The notes below the pieces were generated by a model. That model ran no database searches and was not told the origin of the DNA. It saw only the letters and a list, made by a program, of their open reading frames with translations. Positions 1 to 9,611 of a DNA stretch of 64,000 bases are shown in pieces. The DNA comes from Thermoanaerobaculia bacterium (GTDB lineage Bacteria; Acidobacteriota; Thermoanaerobaculia; UBA5066; Gp7-AA6), in assembly GCA_036395755.1 (NCBI GenBank), contig DASWCZ010000069.1, positions 77,988-141,987 of the forward strand, read 5' to 3'. Position 1 is the first letter of the stretch. Every line of letters starts with the position of its first letter. The position numbers were made by a program, and so were the translations under genes.

Positions 1-840
1 GAGAGTCGTTCCGTCCCGATGGCAGAACTCTGCGACTTTGGTGAGAGGGATACGGCCGATTCTCCGAGCGACATAACCGATCATCGCTCTCGCCTGCGCC
101 CGCTCCGTTGAAAAGGCACGACCTCTCATCTCCTCGATATCGACACCTGCTCTACCCGCCACCACTCGCGCCAGCCGTTCGACGCTCCAAGTTCGTGGGC
201 GCTCCGGTTCGGCTGCTCTCTCGAACGCGATCCGCGCGAACCTCTCATCCCCCTTCACGACGCGCGCTACCGCGTTGAGGTCCTCATATGACTCCGGTTG
301 CTCGCAGCTCATGAACTCCCGATATCGGCGAGCCTCTCGGCCAGAGTCGGCACCAAGTAACTCGGAAAGTCCGTGCGTATCGAGCCACTCAGGCGGACGC
401 TCTCCCCGATAGAAGCGATCGCTTGACCAGCGGTAAAGCCGCGGCTCGCGCACGATTCCGGCCTTCACGGGATTCTCGTGAATGTAACGGACGAGGGCGA
501 GCAGGTAAGAGGTCTTCTGAACGAGTAAGGCCTTGTAGCGCCCTTGAAAGAGATGCCCTACCCGTTGGTGGCGCTGGTTGAACTTTTGAGCGTATGAACC
601 ATGTAGCGCCAACACGATCCGCGACAACGGAACCGGTCCGGTCTCGACTGCGAGGTGGACATGATTCGTCATGAGGCAATAGGCATAGAGACGAAAGCGG
701 AATCGATCGCGGTAGTGAGCGAGCCGTCGAAGGTAGATCTTCCGATCTGAGTCGTCTCGAAAGACCTCACGCTGCTCGTTGCCTCGCGCGATGACGTGAT
801 ACACCGCGCCCGAAAACTCCAGACGCTGTGGGCGCGACAT
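1..840 (-). mobile_element. REP-associated tyrosine transposase (RAYT; IS200/Y1 HUH family) with C-terminal DnaA-domain-IV-like HTH; 3' end outside window
   Basis: Not in ORF track. Manual translation from ATG at 840 is open to base 1: MSRPQRLEFSGAVYHVIARGNEQREVF...AYCLMTNHVHL (HUH)...GHLFQGRYK...VRYIHENPVKAG...YRWSS...ARAMIGYVARR...KVAEFCHRDGTTL. REP-like repeats lie directly upstream. Confidence 0.9.
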
Positions 841-910
841 CAGCGACCCCTGGACAAGACCGACACTCTTATCTCATTCCCTGATCTCTTCTTGTCACAA
901 GCAGTCCGCG

Positions 911-966
911 ATGCAGCGATTCAGCGATTCAGCGCTGACCCGAATTCAGTGATTCAGCGTTGACCC
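911..966. repeat. REP-like repeat family A (ATTCAGCG octamers ending in TGACCC), two tandem units next to RAYT
   Basis: ATGCAGCG ATTCAGCG ATTCAGCG CTGACCC GA ATTCAGTG ATTCAGCG TTGACCC; same unit at 33522-33584 and 59463-59532. Confidence 0.85.
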
Positions 967-967
967 T

Positions 968-994
968 AAAAAAGCCCCTCCCGCGGGAGGGGCT
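968..994 (-). terminator. Intrinsic terminator of SdrD-like/OmpA operon
   Basis: Minus strand AGCCCCTCCC-GC-GGGAGGGGCT followed by TTTTTT, just after OmpA-like stop. Confidence 0.8.
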
Positions 995-1015
995 GGAAGA
1001 GTGCGGCAGAAGACC

Positions 1016-2062
1016 TTACGGGTTGAACGTCGTCACGATCACCGCCTTGCCGAAGTTCGACGTGTCCGTTGTGTTCACTTCCGTGGTGATTCGCGACGCG
1101 TCGATCGCGTGGCGATCCACGAGATACGCCTTGGCGTTCTCCGCGCGCTGGCGGGCCAGGGATTCGCGGCGCGAAGCCGCGGTCCCGGTGTCCGGATATC
1201 CGGTGATGACGACAGCCGCACGCGGGTTCTCGCGCAGACGGAGCGCCACGGCGTCGAGACGCGCCTTTGCGATGTTGGTGACCCGCGCGCTGCCCCGATC
1301 GAAGTCGATCGTGTCCGTCGTAGGGGCCGGCGGAGGCGGCGGGGCGACCACGGGCGGAGCCGGCGGCGGCATCGGGGCGGGCGGAGTCTCGGGCGGAGCC
1401 GGAGGAGGCGGCGGCGGGGGCGGCGCCGGCGGCGGCGCGATGACGGTCGGCGCCGCATGGCCTCCGAAGTGGAAGAGAAGGCCGATGTTCGGCTCCACGT
1501 CGATCCGGCTGTCCTGCTCGAAATCGCCGAACCGGTCGTGGAGGGTCTTCTTGAAGTCGTAGACGCCCTTCGCTTCGAGTCTCAGGCCGACCGCCCGGCT
1601 GAACCGGTACTCCGAACCGAACGCAAGATAGGCGATCGGGACGCTGTCTCCCCCGGAGAACAGCTTTTCCCGAGAGATGCCGCCGCCCACCCCGAGGTAC
1701 GTGTTCCACCCGGGCACGCGGGGGGTGAAGTCGAACATTGCTCCGAGCGTCGCCTCCCAGTACTTGGGCCTCGAGTCGAAATACTGCGCGGTCAGCTCGA
1801 GCGCGAAGTGGTTCGTGACGAAAGTGCCGAGCCTCCCGCCGTAGAAGAGGTAGTTGGTCTGGTCCAGATTGCAATTGCACCGGAAGTCGCTGTCGCCGAT
1901 GAACACGTAGCCGACGTGCGGACCGATGTACCACTCGCCGGCGAGATCCGACGATGGGACCACCCGGTCGCTCACGTCAGTGTACGTTTGTGCCGACGCA
2001 GCTCCCGTGACCAGCAGGAGCGCAACCGCCGTTGTCAGGATCCCCGATTTCACTTTCCTCAT
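1016..2062 (-). CDS. OmpA-family outer membrane protein (beta-barrel, Pro-rich linker, OmpA C-terminal domain)
   Basis: Signal peptide MRKVKSG...ASAQ after GGAGG; amphipathic strands ending GLLFHFG; poly-Pro linker; TIDFDRGSA...VITGYPD...LARQRAENAKAYL. Confidence 0.85.
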   Translation of the reverse strand: MRKVKSGILTTAVALLLVTGAASAQTYTDVSDRVVPSSDLAGEWYIGPHVGYVFIGDSDFRCNCNLDQTNYLFYGGRLGTFVTNHFALELTAQYFDSRPKYWEATLGAMFDFTPRVPGWNTYLGVGGGISREKLFSGGDSVPIAYLAFGSEYRFSRAVGLRLEAKGVYDFKKTLHDRFGDFEQDSRIDVEPNIGLLFHFGGHAAPTVIAPPPAPPPPPPPPAPPETPPAPMPPPAPPVVAPPPPPAPTTDTIDFDRGSARVTNIAKARLDAVALRLRENPRAAVVITGYPDTGTAASRRESLARQRAENAKAYLVDRHAIDASRITTEVNTTDTSNFGKAVIVTTFNP

Positions 2063-2088
2063 CTTCAAGCCTCCGCGCGGATGCGCTC

Positions 2089-4242
2089 TCAACATTTGTT
2101 CAGGAACAGGAAGCCGCTCGCCGTCTGCCCCGGTGTAAGGGTGATCGTGTAAGTTCCGGGAAAGCCCTGCGACCCGGGGAACGTTTGGAAGAAGTTCGTC
2201 GGCAGGATCTCGGAGAGGACGTAGGTCCCTGCCGGGATGTTCGTGAACGTGAAGTCCCCGTTCGCGTTCGAGGTCGTCGACGCAACCAGGTTGCCGGTCG
2301 TATCGCGCAGCTCGAACACGATGCCTTCGAAGCCTCGGTCATTCCCGTCCAGAATGCCGTTGCCGTTCAGGTCGAGAATCTTGCGGCCGGTGATCGTGCC
2401 GGTCCCGGACGGGTTCGCCTGGTTCCCGAAGAGAAGTCCCGAGACTCCGGTCGTCTCCGTCACCGTAGCGGAGAACGTCCCCGGAGCGGCCGGCGCGGTC
2501 TGATGGAAGCCCGTCGGGAGGACCTCGGCCACCGTGTAGGTCCCGGCCGGAATTCCCGTGAAGGCGAAGTTGCCGGACGCGTCGGTCGTCGTCGTGCGAA
2601 CCGTGCCCGCGGCGTCGGTCAGCCGGATCGTGACACCCGGGAGCCCCAGCTCGTCCGCGTCGCGAACGCCGTTTCCGTTCAGATCGTTGAACTTCACTCC
2701 GCTGACCATCGCGCCCAAAGCGCGGTTTCCGAAAAGATTCCCCGACGAGGTCCGCTGTGCAAAGTTGATCGTCGCCGAGATCGTCCCCGGTGAAGGGGGA
2801 GCGGTCTGGGCGAAACCGGTCGGGACCGTCTCCGTCAGCGTGAACGTGCCGAACGGAACTGCTGCGAACGTGAAGTTGCCGTCTGCGTCCGTCACAACCG
2901 AGAGGTTGGCCCCCGTCGGGTCGTTGATCGAGGCCGTGCGGGTGATCGTGACGCCAGCCAGGCCGGGCTCGCCAGCGTCGAGGACTCCGTTTCCGTTGAC
3001 GTCGAGGAACTTGGTTCCGGTGATCGTTCCGGTCAGGACTCCGCGAAAGTTGCCGAACGTGTTGTCGATCGAGCTGCCCCCCGAGGCGAGCGTGACGGGA
3101 ATCGAGTTGGCGGCGGGCACGGTCAGGGAGAAGCCCTGCCGCTGCGTTTCCGAGAGCGTGTAGCCGCCCGGCGCGACGTTGGTGAACAGGAAATTACCGT
3201 TCGCGTCGGTCGCCACGGTCTGCGGAGCAGGACCGCCGGCCGCGGTAGACGTCAAAGTGATGAGGAAGCCGGCCAGTCCGGGCTCGCCCGGGTCCCGGAC
3301 GCCGTTGGCGTTCAGGTCCTCGAACTTGATGCCGCCGATCGCGTTGGGGATGAGCTGGTTGCCGAAAATCAGGCCGGAGAAGTTCTCGTCGCACCCCTCG
3401 ACGAAGTAGCCGTGGTCGAGGGCAATCAGGCGACGCGAGATGCGCCGGTCATTCGGCGCCGTCTGCTGATAGCCGAACGGCACCGTCTCGACGATGCGGA
3501 AGTCCCGTGCGTGCTCGAGACCACACACCTGGAAGGAGCCGTCGGCGCCGGTCAAACCCCGAAGCGGAGCGCGGCTCGCGTCGTCGACGTCGGATGCGTG
3601 GATCTCCACGCCCGGCAATCCCGGCTCGCCCGAGTCGCGCAGGCCGTTTCCGTTGCGGTCCTCGAACTTGGCGCCGGAGACGCAGAACGTGTCCTCGCAG
3701 AAACGCTTGTCCTCCACGCGGAAGCTGGTCGTCAACGAGAACTCAGGCCGGAAGCCGTGGAAGCAGCCGGTCCCGCACACCGGATCGATCTGCGTCGCGT
3801 CCCCTTCGAAACGGGAGACCGGCGTCAGCCAGAGGAGATACGACGCCACGAGATTCCCCGCGTCCCGGAACGGCGCAACGCCGACGGCGAGCGCGCCGCA
3901 GGGTCCCTGCGCCTCCGTCGAATGCGTCGTTCCATCGTAAGAGGAGAGCACGCCGTTGTGGACCGTCACGACGCGCTCGGCGACCGGATCGGAAGATAGC
4001 AGTCGCCTTCCGGAGAGGTCGGTGACCTGGAAGTAGTACCGCCCGTCGGACACGAACTGGGTGAACGCGCATGCAGAGTTCGTCGGTCCCGCGGTGAAGA
4101 AGACCGCCTCCTTGTCGGGGAAGATAGAGACGGCGGTCGAGCTCGCGTCGACCGTGGTCACGACACCCGGCACCTGCGCGAGAGCGCCGAGCGAACACAA
4201 GATGAGAGCGATCGCGGCGACTGGGAATCGCACCCGGTTCAT
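2089..4242 (-). CDS. Secreted SdrD-B/Cna-B-like repeat protein (5 repeats) with Cys-rich N-terminal domain
   Basis: Signal peptide from MNRVRF; five repeats of G-x-K-F-x-D-x-N-G-N-G-x-x-D-x-G-E-P-G-L...T-D-A-x-G-x-F-x-F...Y-x-L-x-E. Confidence 0.85.
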   Translation of the reverse strand: MNRVRFPVAAIALILCSLGALAQVPGVVTTVDASSTAVSIFPDKEAVFFTAGPTNSACAFTQFVSDGRYYFQVTDLSGRRLLSSDPVAERVVTVHNGVLSSYDGTTHSTEAQGPCGALAVGVAPFRDAGNLVASYLLWLTPVSRFEGDATQIDPVCGTGCFHGFRPEFSLTTSFRVEDKRFCEDTFCVSGAKFEDRNGNGLRDSGEPGLPGVEIHASDVDDASRAPLRGLTGADGSFQVCGLEHARDFRIVETVPFGYQQTAPNDRRISRRLIALDHGYFVEGCDENFSGLIFGNQLIPNAIGGIKFEDLNANGVRDPGEPGLAGFLITLTSTAAGGPAPQTVATDANGNFLFTNVAPGGYTLSETQRQGFSLTVPAANSIPVTLASGGSSIDNTFGNFRGVLTGTITGTKFLDVNGNGVLDAGEPGLAGVTITRTASINDPTGANLSVVTDADGNFTFAAVPFGTFTLTETVPTGFAQTAPPSPGTISATINFAQRTSSGNLFGNRALGAMVSGVKFNDLNGNGVRDADELGLPGVTIRLTDAAGTVRTTTTDASGNFAFTGIPAGTYTVAEVLPTGFHQTAPAAPGTFSATVTETTGVSGLLFGNQANPSGTGTITGRKILDLNGNGILDGNDRGFEGIVFELRDTTGNLVASTTSNANGDFTFTNIPAGTYVLSEILPTNFFQTFPGSQGFPGTYTITLTPGQTASGFLFLNKC

Positions 4243-4320
4243 CCTTCCCTTCCTTCCTTCGCTTTCCTTTTCGGGGATACGAGTAGGTCCGCTGACCCCT
4301 CCAACCGTCCGCCGGACTGC

Positions 4321-4336
4321 TGCAAGGAACATGCCC
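4321..4336 (-). promoter_or_regulatory. Putative sigma54 (-24/-12) promoter
   Basis: Minus strand GG-CATGTTCCTT-GC-A (GG-N10-GC), about 80 nt upstream of the SdrD-like gene. Confidence 0.6.
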
Positions 4337-4353
4337 CCGAAGCCCGGTACAAA

Positions 4354-4405
4354 AAGGGTTTCGAACGAAAGGGAGCTCGAAGGGTTTCGAACGAAAGGGA
4401 GCTCG
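4354..4405. repeat. Perfect 26-bp tandem direct repeat (possible activator site)
   Basis: AAGGGTTTCGAACGAAAGGGAGCTCG x2 (4354-4379, 4380-4405). Confidence 0.85.
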
Positions 4406-4485
4406 CCGGCGGTCACCTCAGCAATGGCGAGGGCGAGGGCCGCCGAATCGCGGGCCTCGCGGGACGAAAAAGGGCCTCCGAGCGG

Positions 4486-5829
4486 TCAGCGCGGAGCGTA
4501 GCGGAAGATCCGACCCGCCTTCATCACGAAGAAGACCCGCTCGGTCGCGTGGATGTCCTTCAGCGGATCTCCCGGCACGGCGACGATGTCCGCTTCCTTG
4601 CCCTTCTCGAGCGTTCCGATCAGCTTGCCGAGTCCAAGCAGGTCGGCCGCCGCGGGTCCCGCGGCGCGAAGGGCCGCGGCCGGAGCCATTCCGAGACCGA
4701 CGAGCAGGCCGAATTCCTGGGCGTTGATGCCGTGCGGAGAAACACCGGAGTCGGTGCCGAACGCGATCCGGACTCCGCTCTTCAACGCGCGCCGGAACAT
4801 GTCGGATCGCGCGGCCAGGGCGGCGCGGGCCTTCGCTGCGATCTCCGGGGGAAACTTGTCCGCCTTTCCGCCGGTCCATTCGCCGGCGAGGAGAGTCGGG
4901 ACGAGGTACGTGCCCTTCGCCTTCATCAGTGCGAGCGTTTCGTCGGTCAGAAAAGTGCCGTGCTCGATCGAATCGATCCCCGCTTTGACGGCCGCTCGCG
5001 CCGCGAGATCTCCATGGGCGTGCGCTGCCGCCTTTCGTCCCAGCCGATGGGCCTCGTCGACGATCGCCGCGAGCTCCTCGTCCGTCAGCTGCGGCGCGGC
5101 GACGTCGTCGGCGAGGGAGAGGACTCCCCCCGAAGCGCAAGTCTTGATGACGTCGGCGCCGTACTTCACGTTCAGCCGCACTGCCTCTCGCGCCTCGGCC
5201 GGGCCGTGAACGATCCCTTTCTCCGGGCCGCGCTCGGCTCCAAAGGTGCCGACCGGGAACCCCGTCTGGTCGCAGTGTCCGCCCGTGGCCCCGATCGCGT
5301 TGCGCGCCGCGACGATGCGGGGCCCGGGCACGAGCCCGCGGTTGATCGCGTTGCGAAGGCCGACGTCGATCGAGTCGCTCGAGCCGACGTCGCGAATCGT
5401 GGTGAAACCCGACTCCAGAGTCTTGCGCGCGTAGCCGGCGGCGAAGAGCGTCTTCTCGGCAACGGAGCGGCGCAGATTCTCGTAGAAGTCGACGAACCAG
5501 TTCTCCGACGGCTCCTGCGTCACGTGCGTGTGGCAGTCGATGAAGCCGGCGAGCAGCGTCGCGTCTCCCAGGTCGAGCGCGGTCGCTTCTCGCGGGATCG
5601 GCAGGCCCGATCCGACGTCGCGAATGCGCGAGCCTTCGATGATCACCACGCCGCTTTCGATCATCCGGTCCGAGCGACCGTCGAAGACCCGCGCGGCTTT
5701 GAGAGCCACGACGGATGGGGGGGAAGGCGACGCCGCCGGCCGCGGATTCTGCAGCGCGACACCGACGACCGCGGCGCCGAAGATCAGTGCGCCTGGAAGG
5801 AGGATCGCTCTTATGCGCCGGGCGCTCAT
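4486..5829 (-). CDS. Amidohydrolase family metal-dependent hydrolase (Xaa-Pro dipeptidase-like), exported
   Basis: GFIDCHTH, AAHAHG, SIEHG, AFGTDSG, GKEADIV motifs; N-terminal hydrophobic segment; start uncertain (5859 or 5829). Confidence 0.85.
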   Translation of the reverse strand: MSARRIRAILLPGALIFGAAVVGVALQNPRPAASPSPPSVVALKAARVFDGRSDRMIESGVVIIEGSRIRDVGSGLPIPREATALDLGDATLLAGFIDCHTHVTQEPSENWFVDFYENLRRSVAEKTLFAAGYARKTLESGFTTIRDVGSSDSIDVGLRNAINRGLVPGPRIVAARNAIGATGGHCDQTGFPVGTFGAERGPEKGIVHGPAEAREAVRLNVKYGADVIKTCASGGVLSLADDVAAPQLTDEELAAIVDEAHRLGRKAAAHAHGDLAARAAVKAGIDSIEHGTFLTDETLALMKAKGTYLVPTLLAGEWTGGKADKFPPEIAAKARAALAARSDMFRRALKSGVRIAFGTDSGVSPHGINAQEFGLLVGLGMAPAAALRAAGPAAADLLGLGKLIGTLEKGKEADIVAVPGDPLKDIHATERVFFVMKAGRIFRYAPR

Positions 5830-5895
5830 CTCATGCTGGAAGAGTGGCGTTCTTAGCACAGGCCGCGGGGGCCGGCAAGCGACCGCCGCGAAGAT

Positions 5896-7308
5896 TCACG
5901 CCGCAGTCCGCGCCTCCGGAGGCTCTTTTCCGCGTCTGGCGGCGTAGATCGCGCCGCCGATCGCGAGCGCGATGCCCGCGGCGATCCAGCTCTTTCTCTC
6001 CGCGGCGAAGAGGAACAGGAGGCAGAAGGCGAGCGCCGCGATCGGGATGGTCAGACCGCCCGGCAGTCGGATCGTCCGGGCAGTCGCCGGCATCTTACGC
6101 CGCAGCACGGGGACGGCGGCCGCCGTGCCGATGTAGGTCGCGAGTCGCGCGATCGCAGAGAGCATCGCGAGGCGCTCCGCGAGCCCGAGGGAGCTCTTCG
6201 CCGGGAACAGAAGGTTGATCGACCAATCGAGGATGATGAGAAGGAGGGCAACGCCGGTCTGGGTCAGGATCGCGACGTGCGGCGTGCGGTAGCGCGGGTG
6301 GATCCTCGCGAAGACTCCAGGGAGCCTGCCAGTCTCCGCGAGCGCGTAGAGATAGCGGGGGCCGGCGAGCACCGTGTTGTTGTTGGTGCCGAGGACCGAG
6401 AGAACCGCGCCGAGCGTCAGGAGGAAACCGCCGACCGGACCCATCATCACGGCGGCGGCATCGGCCAGGGGAGTGGGTGAAGAACCGAGGTTCGCAATGG
6501 TCCCGATCGCGACCAGCTGGACCGTCGTGTAAATCGCGGTCACGATGGCGATCTGCGTGATCAGCGCGAACGGCACGTCCCGCTTCGGATTGAGGAACTC
6601 GCCGGCGGGAGCGGGCGTGTTCTCGAAGCCGGCGTAGGCGAAGAGGACGAGGAGCGCGGCTTTCATGAAGTTCCCGCGTGCAGGCATCGGGACCGGGAAC
6701 ACGCGGCTCCAGTTGACCCAGAAGAGTCCTACCGCGACGAAGAGCACGAGCGGCAGGACCTTCCCCCACGCGAGGATGACGGCGGTCCGCGCCCCCGACT
6801 TCACGCCGCGCACGTTGATCCACGTGAGCACGAGGAGAGGCAGGACGACCGTCGTGGCCTGCCCGATTCCCCCGCGAGCGCCGGGCCAGAGGTAGCCGAC
6901 CGCCCGAGCGAAAAAGACGGAGAGGCCGGCGATCGAGGAGATGCGCGCGATCCACGTCATCCAGCCGACCTCGAAGCCGACGAAGTCCCCGAACGCGGCG
7001 CGCGTGTAGACGATCGCGCCTCCCGGCCGGTCAAAGAGGCTCGAAGCCTCCGCGAAACAGAGCACGAGGAGGAGCACGGCGAAACCCGCCGCGAGGATGG
7101 CCCAGATGCTCGCCGGGCCCAGCAGCTCCGCCGTCGCCACCGGGAGGATCAGGTAAACGCCGCTCCCGATGACGTCGTTGACGGAGAGGGCAACGATCTG
7201 CCAGCGCGAGACCGCGCGAAGAAGACCGGTCTCTTTGTCGATCCGCTCGATTCCGGAGGCCAAAGCGCGGCCATTCTCTTCCGACAGCCGCCGTTTCCAG
7301 AAGTCCAA
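5896..7308 (-). CDS. APC family amino acid permease
   Basis: ~12 TM; VIGSGVY, FAYAGFE, PRYLYALA, HPRYRTP; true start possibly ~7263. Confidence 0.85.
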   Translation of the reverse strand: MDFWKRRLSEENGRALASGIERIDKETGLLRAVSRWQIVALSVNDVIGSGVYLILPVATAELLGPASIWAILAAGFAVLLLVLCFAEASSLFDRPGGAIVYTRAAFGDFVGFEVGWMTWIARISSIAGLSVFFARAVGYLWPGARGGIGQATTVVLPLLVLTWINVRGVKSGARTAVILAWGKVLPLVLFVAVGLFWVNWSRVFPVPMPARGNFMKAALLVLFAYAGFENTPAPAGEFLNPKRDVPFALITQIAIVTAIYTTVQLVAIGTIANLGSSPTPLADAAAVMMGPVGGFLLTLGAVLSVLGTNNNTVLAGPRYLYALAETGRLPGVFARIHPRYRTPHVAILTQTGVALLLIILDWSINLLFPAKSSLGLAERLAMLSAIARLATYIGTAAAVPVLRRKMPATARTIRLPGGLTIPIAALAFCLLFLFAAERKSWIAAGIALAIGGAIYAARRGKEPPEARTAA

Positions 7309-7312
7309 AATG

Positions 7313-7337
7313 AAAAAGCCCGGGTCTCGCCGGGCTC
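7313..7337 (-). terminator. Intrinsic terminator
   Basis: Minus strand AGCCCGG-CGAGAC-CCGGGCT TTTT after M15 peptidase stop. Confidence 0.65.
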
Positions 7338-7358
7338 CTTCGGACTCGAGACTCGGCT

Positions 7359-8222
7359 TTATCCGTTCCAGCGCGCCTTCGTGCCGCGAGCGTCGATGTG
7401 GACGAACGGGCCGTGAGAAGAAGTGGCCGGATAGATCCCGATCCCGCCGACGAGGTCCGGGTCTTTGTGCTCGACGGCGTCCGCAGCCGACGCGAGGATC
7501 GCCGCATCCTTCAGATCGACCCGACCGTCGTGGTTCAAGTCGTCCAAGCGACCGTCGTGATCGTCGTCGGGATAGACGTCCGCTGCGTCCCCATACTGGT
7601 GGCGCGACACGGCCGACCGTCCGCCCGGCCCGATCCCCTGCTCGTTGTACTGGGGCGTGCGGAATCCGCTCATGATCGTCAAACCCTTCACGGGATATCC
7701 CATTGCGTGGAGCTCTTCGATCGTGAGCTCGAGCTTGTCCAAGAGACGGCGGTCGAGCACAACGTATTTCGGCCAGACGTCGCGCTGATCCTTCGTCACG
7801 AAGTCGCCCAGCTTGAAGTGCTCCGAGACGCTCGTGCCGAAGGTCTCGTGGGTGACCTCGATGAAGCCCTTCGGGGTCGCATAGATCGGGCTGCGCGGCT
7901 CGCGCCCTTCGTACGGCCAGTTGCCGATCCGATAGGAGCCGATGCGGCCGTTGACCTTCGCGGAAAACGGCTTCATCACGACCAGGGAGAGATTCCCCAC
8001 GGTCGTGTCCGTTCCGTCCGGCGAAAGCGGATAGACGCCGGGTTCGCTGGAAGCCGCGGTCAGCTTCCCGGCCGGGAGGTCACCGGGGAGCGAGAAGATC
8101 GCCCGGAGCTTTCCGGACTCTCCGATCAGGGCGGAAAGGCTGCCGAAGGCGGTCGCGGACGTCCCGCGTGCGGGAAGGAGCGAAAGGACCGCGAGAGCGG
8201 GGGCGACGAGAAGGAGACGCAT
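7359..8222 (-). CDS. Peptidase M15/YcbK-like (LAS-type) cell-wall peptidase with EF-hand-like insert
   Basis: SGFRTPQYN, SRHQYGDAAD, FVHIDARG; signal peptide from MRLLLV; DDDHDGRLDDLNHDGRVD insert. Confidence 0.8.
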   Translation of the reverse strand: MRLLLVAPALAVLSLLPARGTSATAFGSLSALIGESGKLRAIFSLPGDLPAGKLTAASSEPGVYPLSPDGTDTTVGNLSLVVMKPFSAKVNGRIGSYRIGNWPYEGREPRSPIYATPKGFIEVTHETFGTSVSEHFKLGDFVTKDQRDVWPKYVVLDRRLLDKLELTIEELHAMGYPVKGLTIMSGFRTPQYNEQGIGPGGRSAVSRHQYGDAADVYPDDDHDGRLDDLNHDGRVDLKDAAILASAADAVEHKDPDLVGGIGIYPATSSHGPFVHIDARGTKARWNG

Positions 8223-8458
8223 CAGCCGGGCTGTGACAGTCACGGTTATCGTGGTCCTTTCTTCGACAGAATGACCGGGGGATTCCGGCAGCAATCCTAG
8301 CGTCTTGTCGATGCCGGGAGCAATGAAAGAACGGCCGGGTGCGCGCCCCTATTCCAGTCCGAGCCGGAAAAATCAGTTCCCCAAGTTACTGCATATGCTC
8401 ACGTTATTTGCGTGATCAGCGGGGTAGGGGACGCGACCGCGACCGTTAGACTGCCGCG

Positions 8459-9562
8459 ATGCTTCGCGCCGGAATCGTCGGGCTTCCGAACGTGGGCAAG
8501 TCCACACTCTTCAACGCCCTGACGCGCACGCGAAAAGCGGAAGCGGCGAACTACCCGTTCTGCACGATCGAGCCGAACGTCGGGGTCGTCACCGTGCCCG
8601 ATGCCCGGCTCGAGACCCTCGCGAGGATCTCGCGGACGACGCGCATCATCCCGACGACGATCGAGTTCGTCGACATCGCGGGGCTCGTCAAGGGAGCGTC
8701 GAAGGGGGAAGGGCTCGGAAACCGGTTCCTCCAGCACATCCGCGAAGTCGACGCGATCGTGGAGGTCGTGCGGTGCTTCGAAAGCCGCGACGTCGTGCAC
8801 GTCGCCGGCGCCCTTGACCCTCTAGGTGACATCGAGACGATCAAGACGGAGCTGGTTCTCGCCGATCTGGAGACGGCCGGTCGGTCGAAGGAGAAGGCGG
8901 AAAAGACGGCGCGGGGCGGCGACCGGCAGGCGAAGGCTCTCCTGGCGGTTGCCGGGAAGCTCGAGAAGCATCTCGATTCCGGGAAGCGCGCGCTCACCCT
9001 CGTGCTCGACCCGGAGGAAAAGGAGATCGCCCGGCGGCTCTTCCTCCTGACCTCCCGGCCGATGATCTTCGCGGTGAACGTCGGGGAGGACGAGCTCGCG
9101 AGCGCCGACGAGCTCCCCCGCGTGGCGGCGGTGCGCCATTACGCCGAGACCCACGTCGGCACGGAGGCGGTCGTCGTCTCCGCCGAGATCGAAGCGCAGC
9201 TCGCCGAGCTTCCCGACGACGAAGCCGCGGATTATCTCGCCGGGTTGGGCGTCGCCGAATCCGGGGTCGACCGGCTGATCCGGGCCGTGTATCACCTCCT
9301 CGGGTTGCGCACTTTCTTCACCGCCAGCGAGAAGGAGGCGCGCGCCTGGACCTTCCACGCGGGAGACGCCGCCCCTGCGGCCGCGGGCGTCATCCACTCC
9401 GACTTCGAACACGGTTTCATCAAGGCGGAGACCGTCTCTTTCGACGACCTGGTCGGCGCCGGTTCGATGGCGGGGGCTCGCGAGCGCGGCCTGCTGCGGC
9501 AGGAGGGGAAGGACTACCTCGTCGCGGACGGCGACGTCATCCTGTTCAAGTTCAACGTGTAG
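8459..9562 (+). CDS. ychF: Redox-regulated ATPase YchF
   Basis: GIVGLPNVGKSTLFNAL, ANYPFCTIEPN, DIAGLV, C-terminal FKFNV. Confidence 0.97.
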   Translation: MLRAGIVGLPNVGKSTLFNALTRTRKAEAANYPFCTIEPNVGVVTVPDARLETLARISRTTRIIPTTIEFVDIAGLVKGASKGEGLGNRFLQHIREVDAIVEVVRCFESRDVVHVAGALDPLGDIETIKTELVLADLETAGRSKEKAEKTARGGDRQAKALLAVAGKLEKHLDSGKRALTLVLDPEEKEIARRLFLLTSRPMIFAVNVGEDELASADELPRVAAVRHYAETHVGTEAVVVSAEIEAQLAELPDDEAADYLAGLGVAESGVDRLIRAVYHLLGLRTFFTASEKEARAWTFHAGDAAPAAAGVIHSDFEHGFIKAETVSFDDLVGAGSMAGARERGLLRQEGKDYLVADGDVILFKFNV

Positions 9563-9611
9563 TTTTTCGGAGCGCGAGCAGAATCCGGAGTCCCTTCCAT
9601 CTTCCCTCCGG

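Noticed and set aside
389-679. 96-aa ORF in the track
   Set aside because: Out-of-frame shadow inside the RAYT coding sequence.
911-966. Repeat clusters as possible CRISPR arrays (also 4354-4405, 18618-18693, 59463-59532)
   Set aside because: No regular unique spacers, mixed orientations, no cas genes.
1325-1440. GGC-rich low-complexity tract
   Set aside because: Encodes the poly-Pro linker of the OmpA protein.
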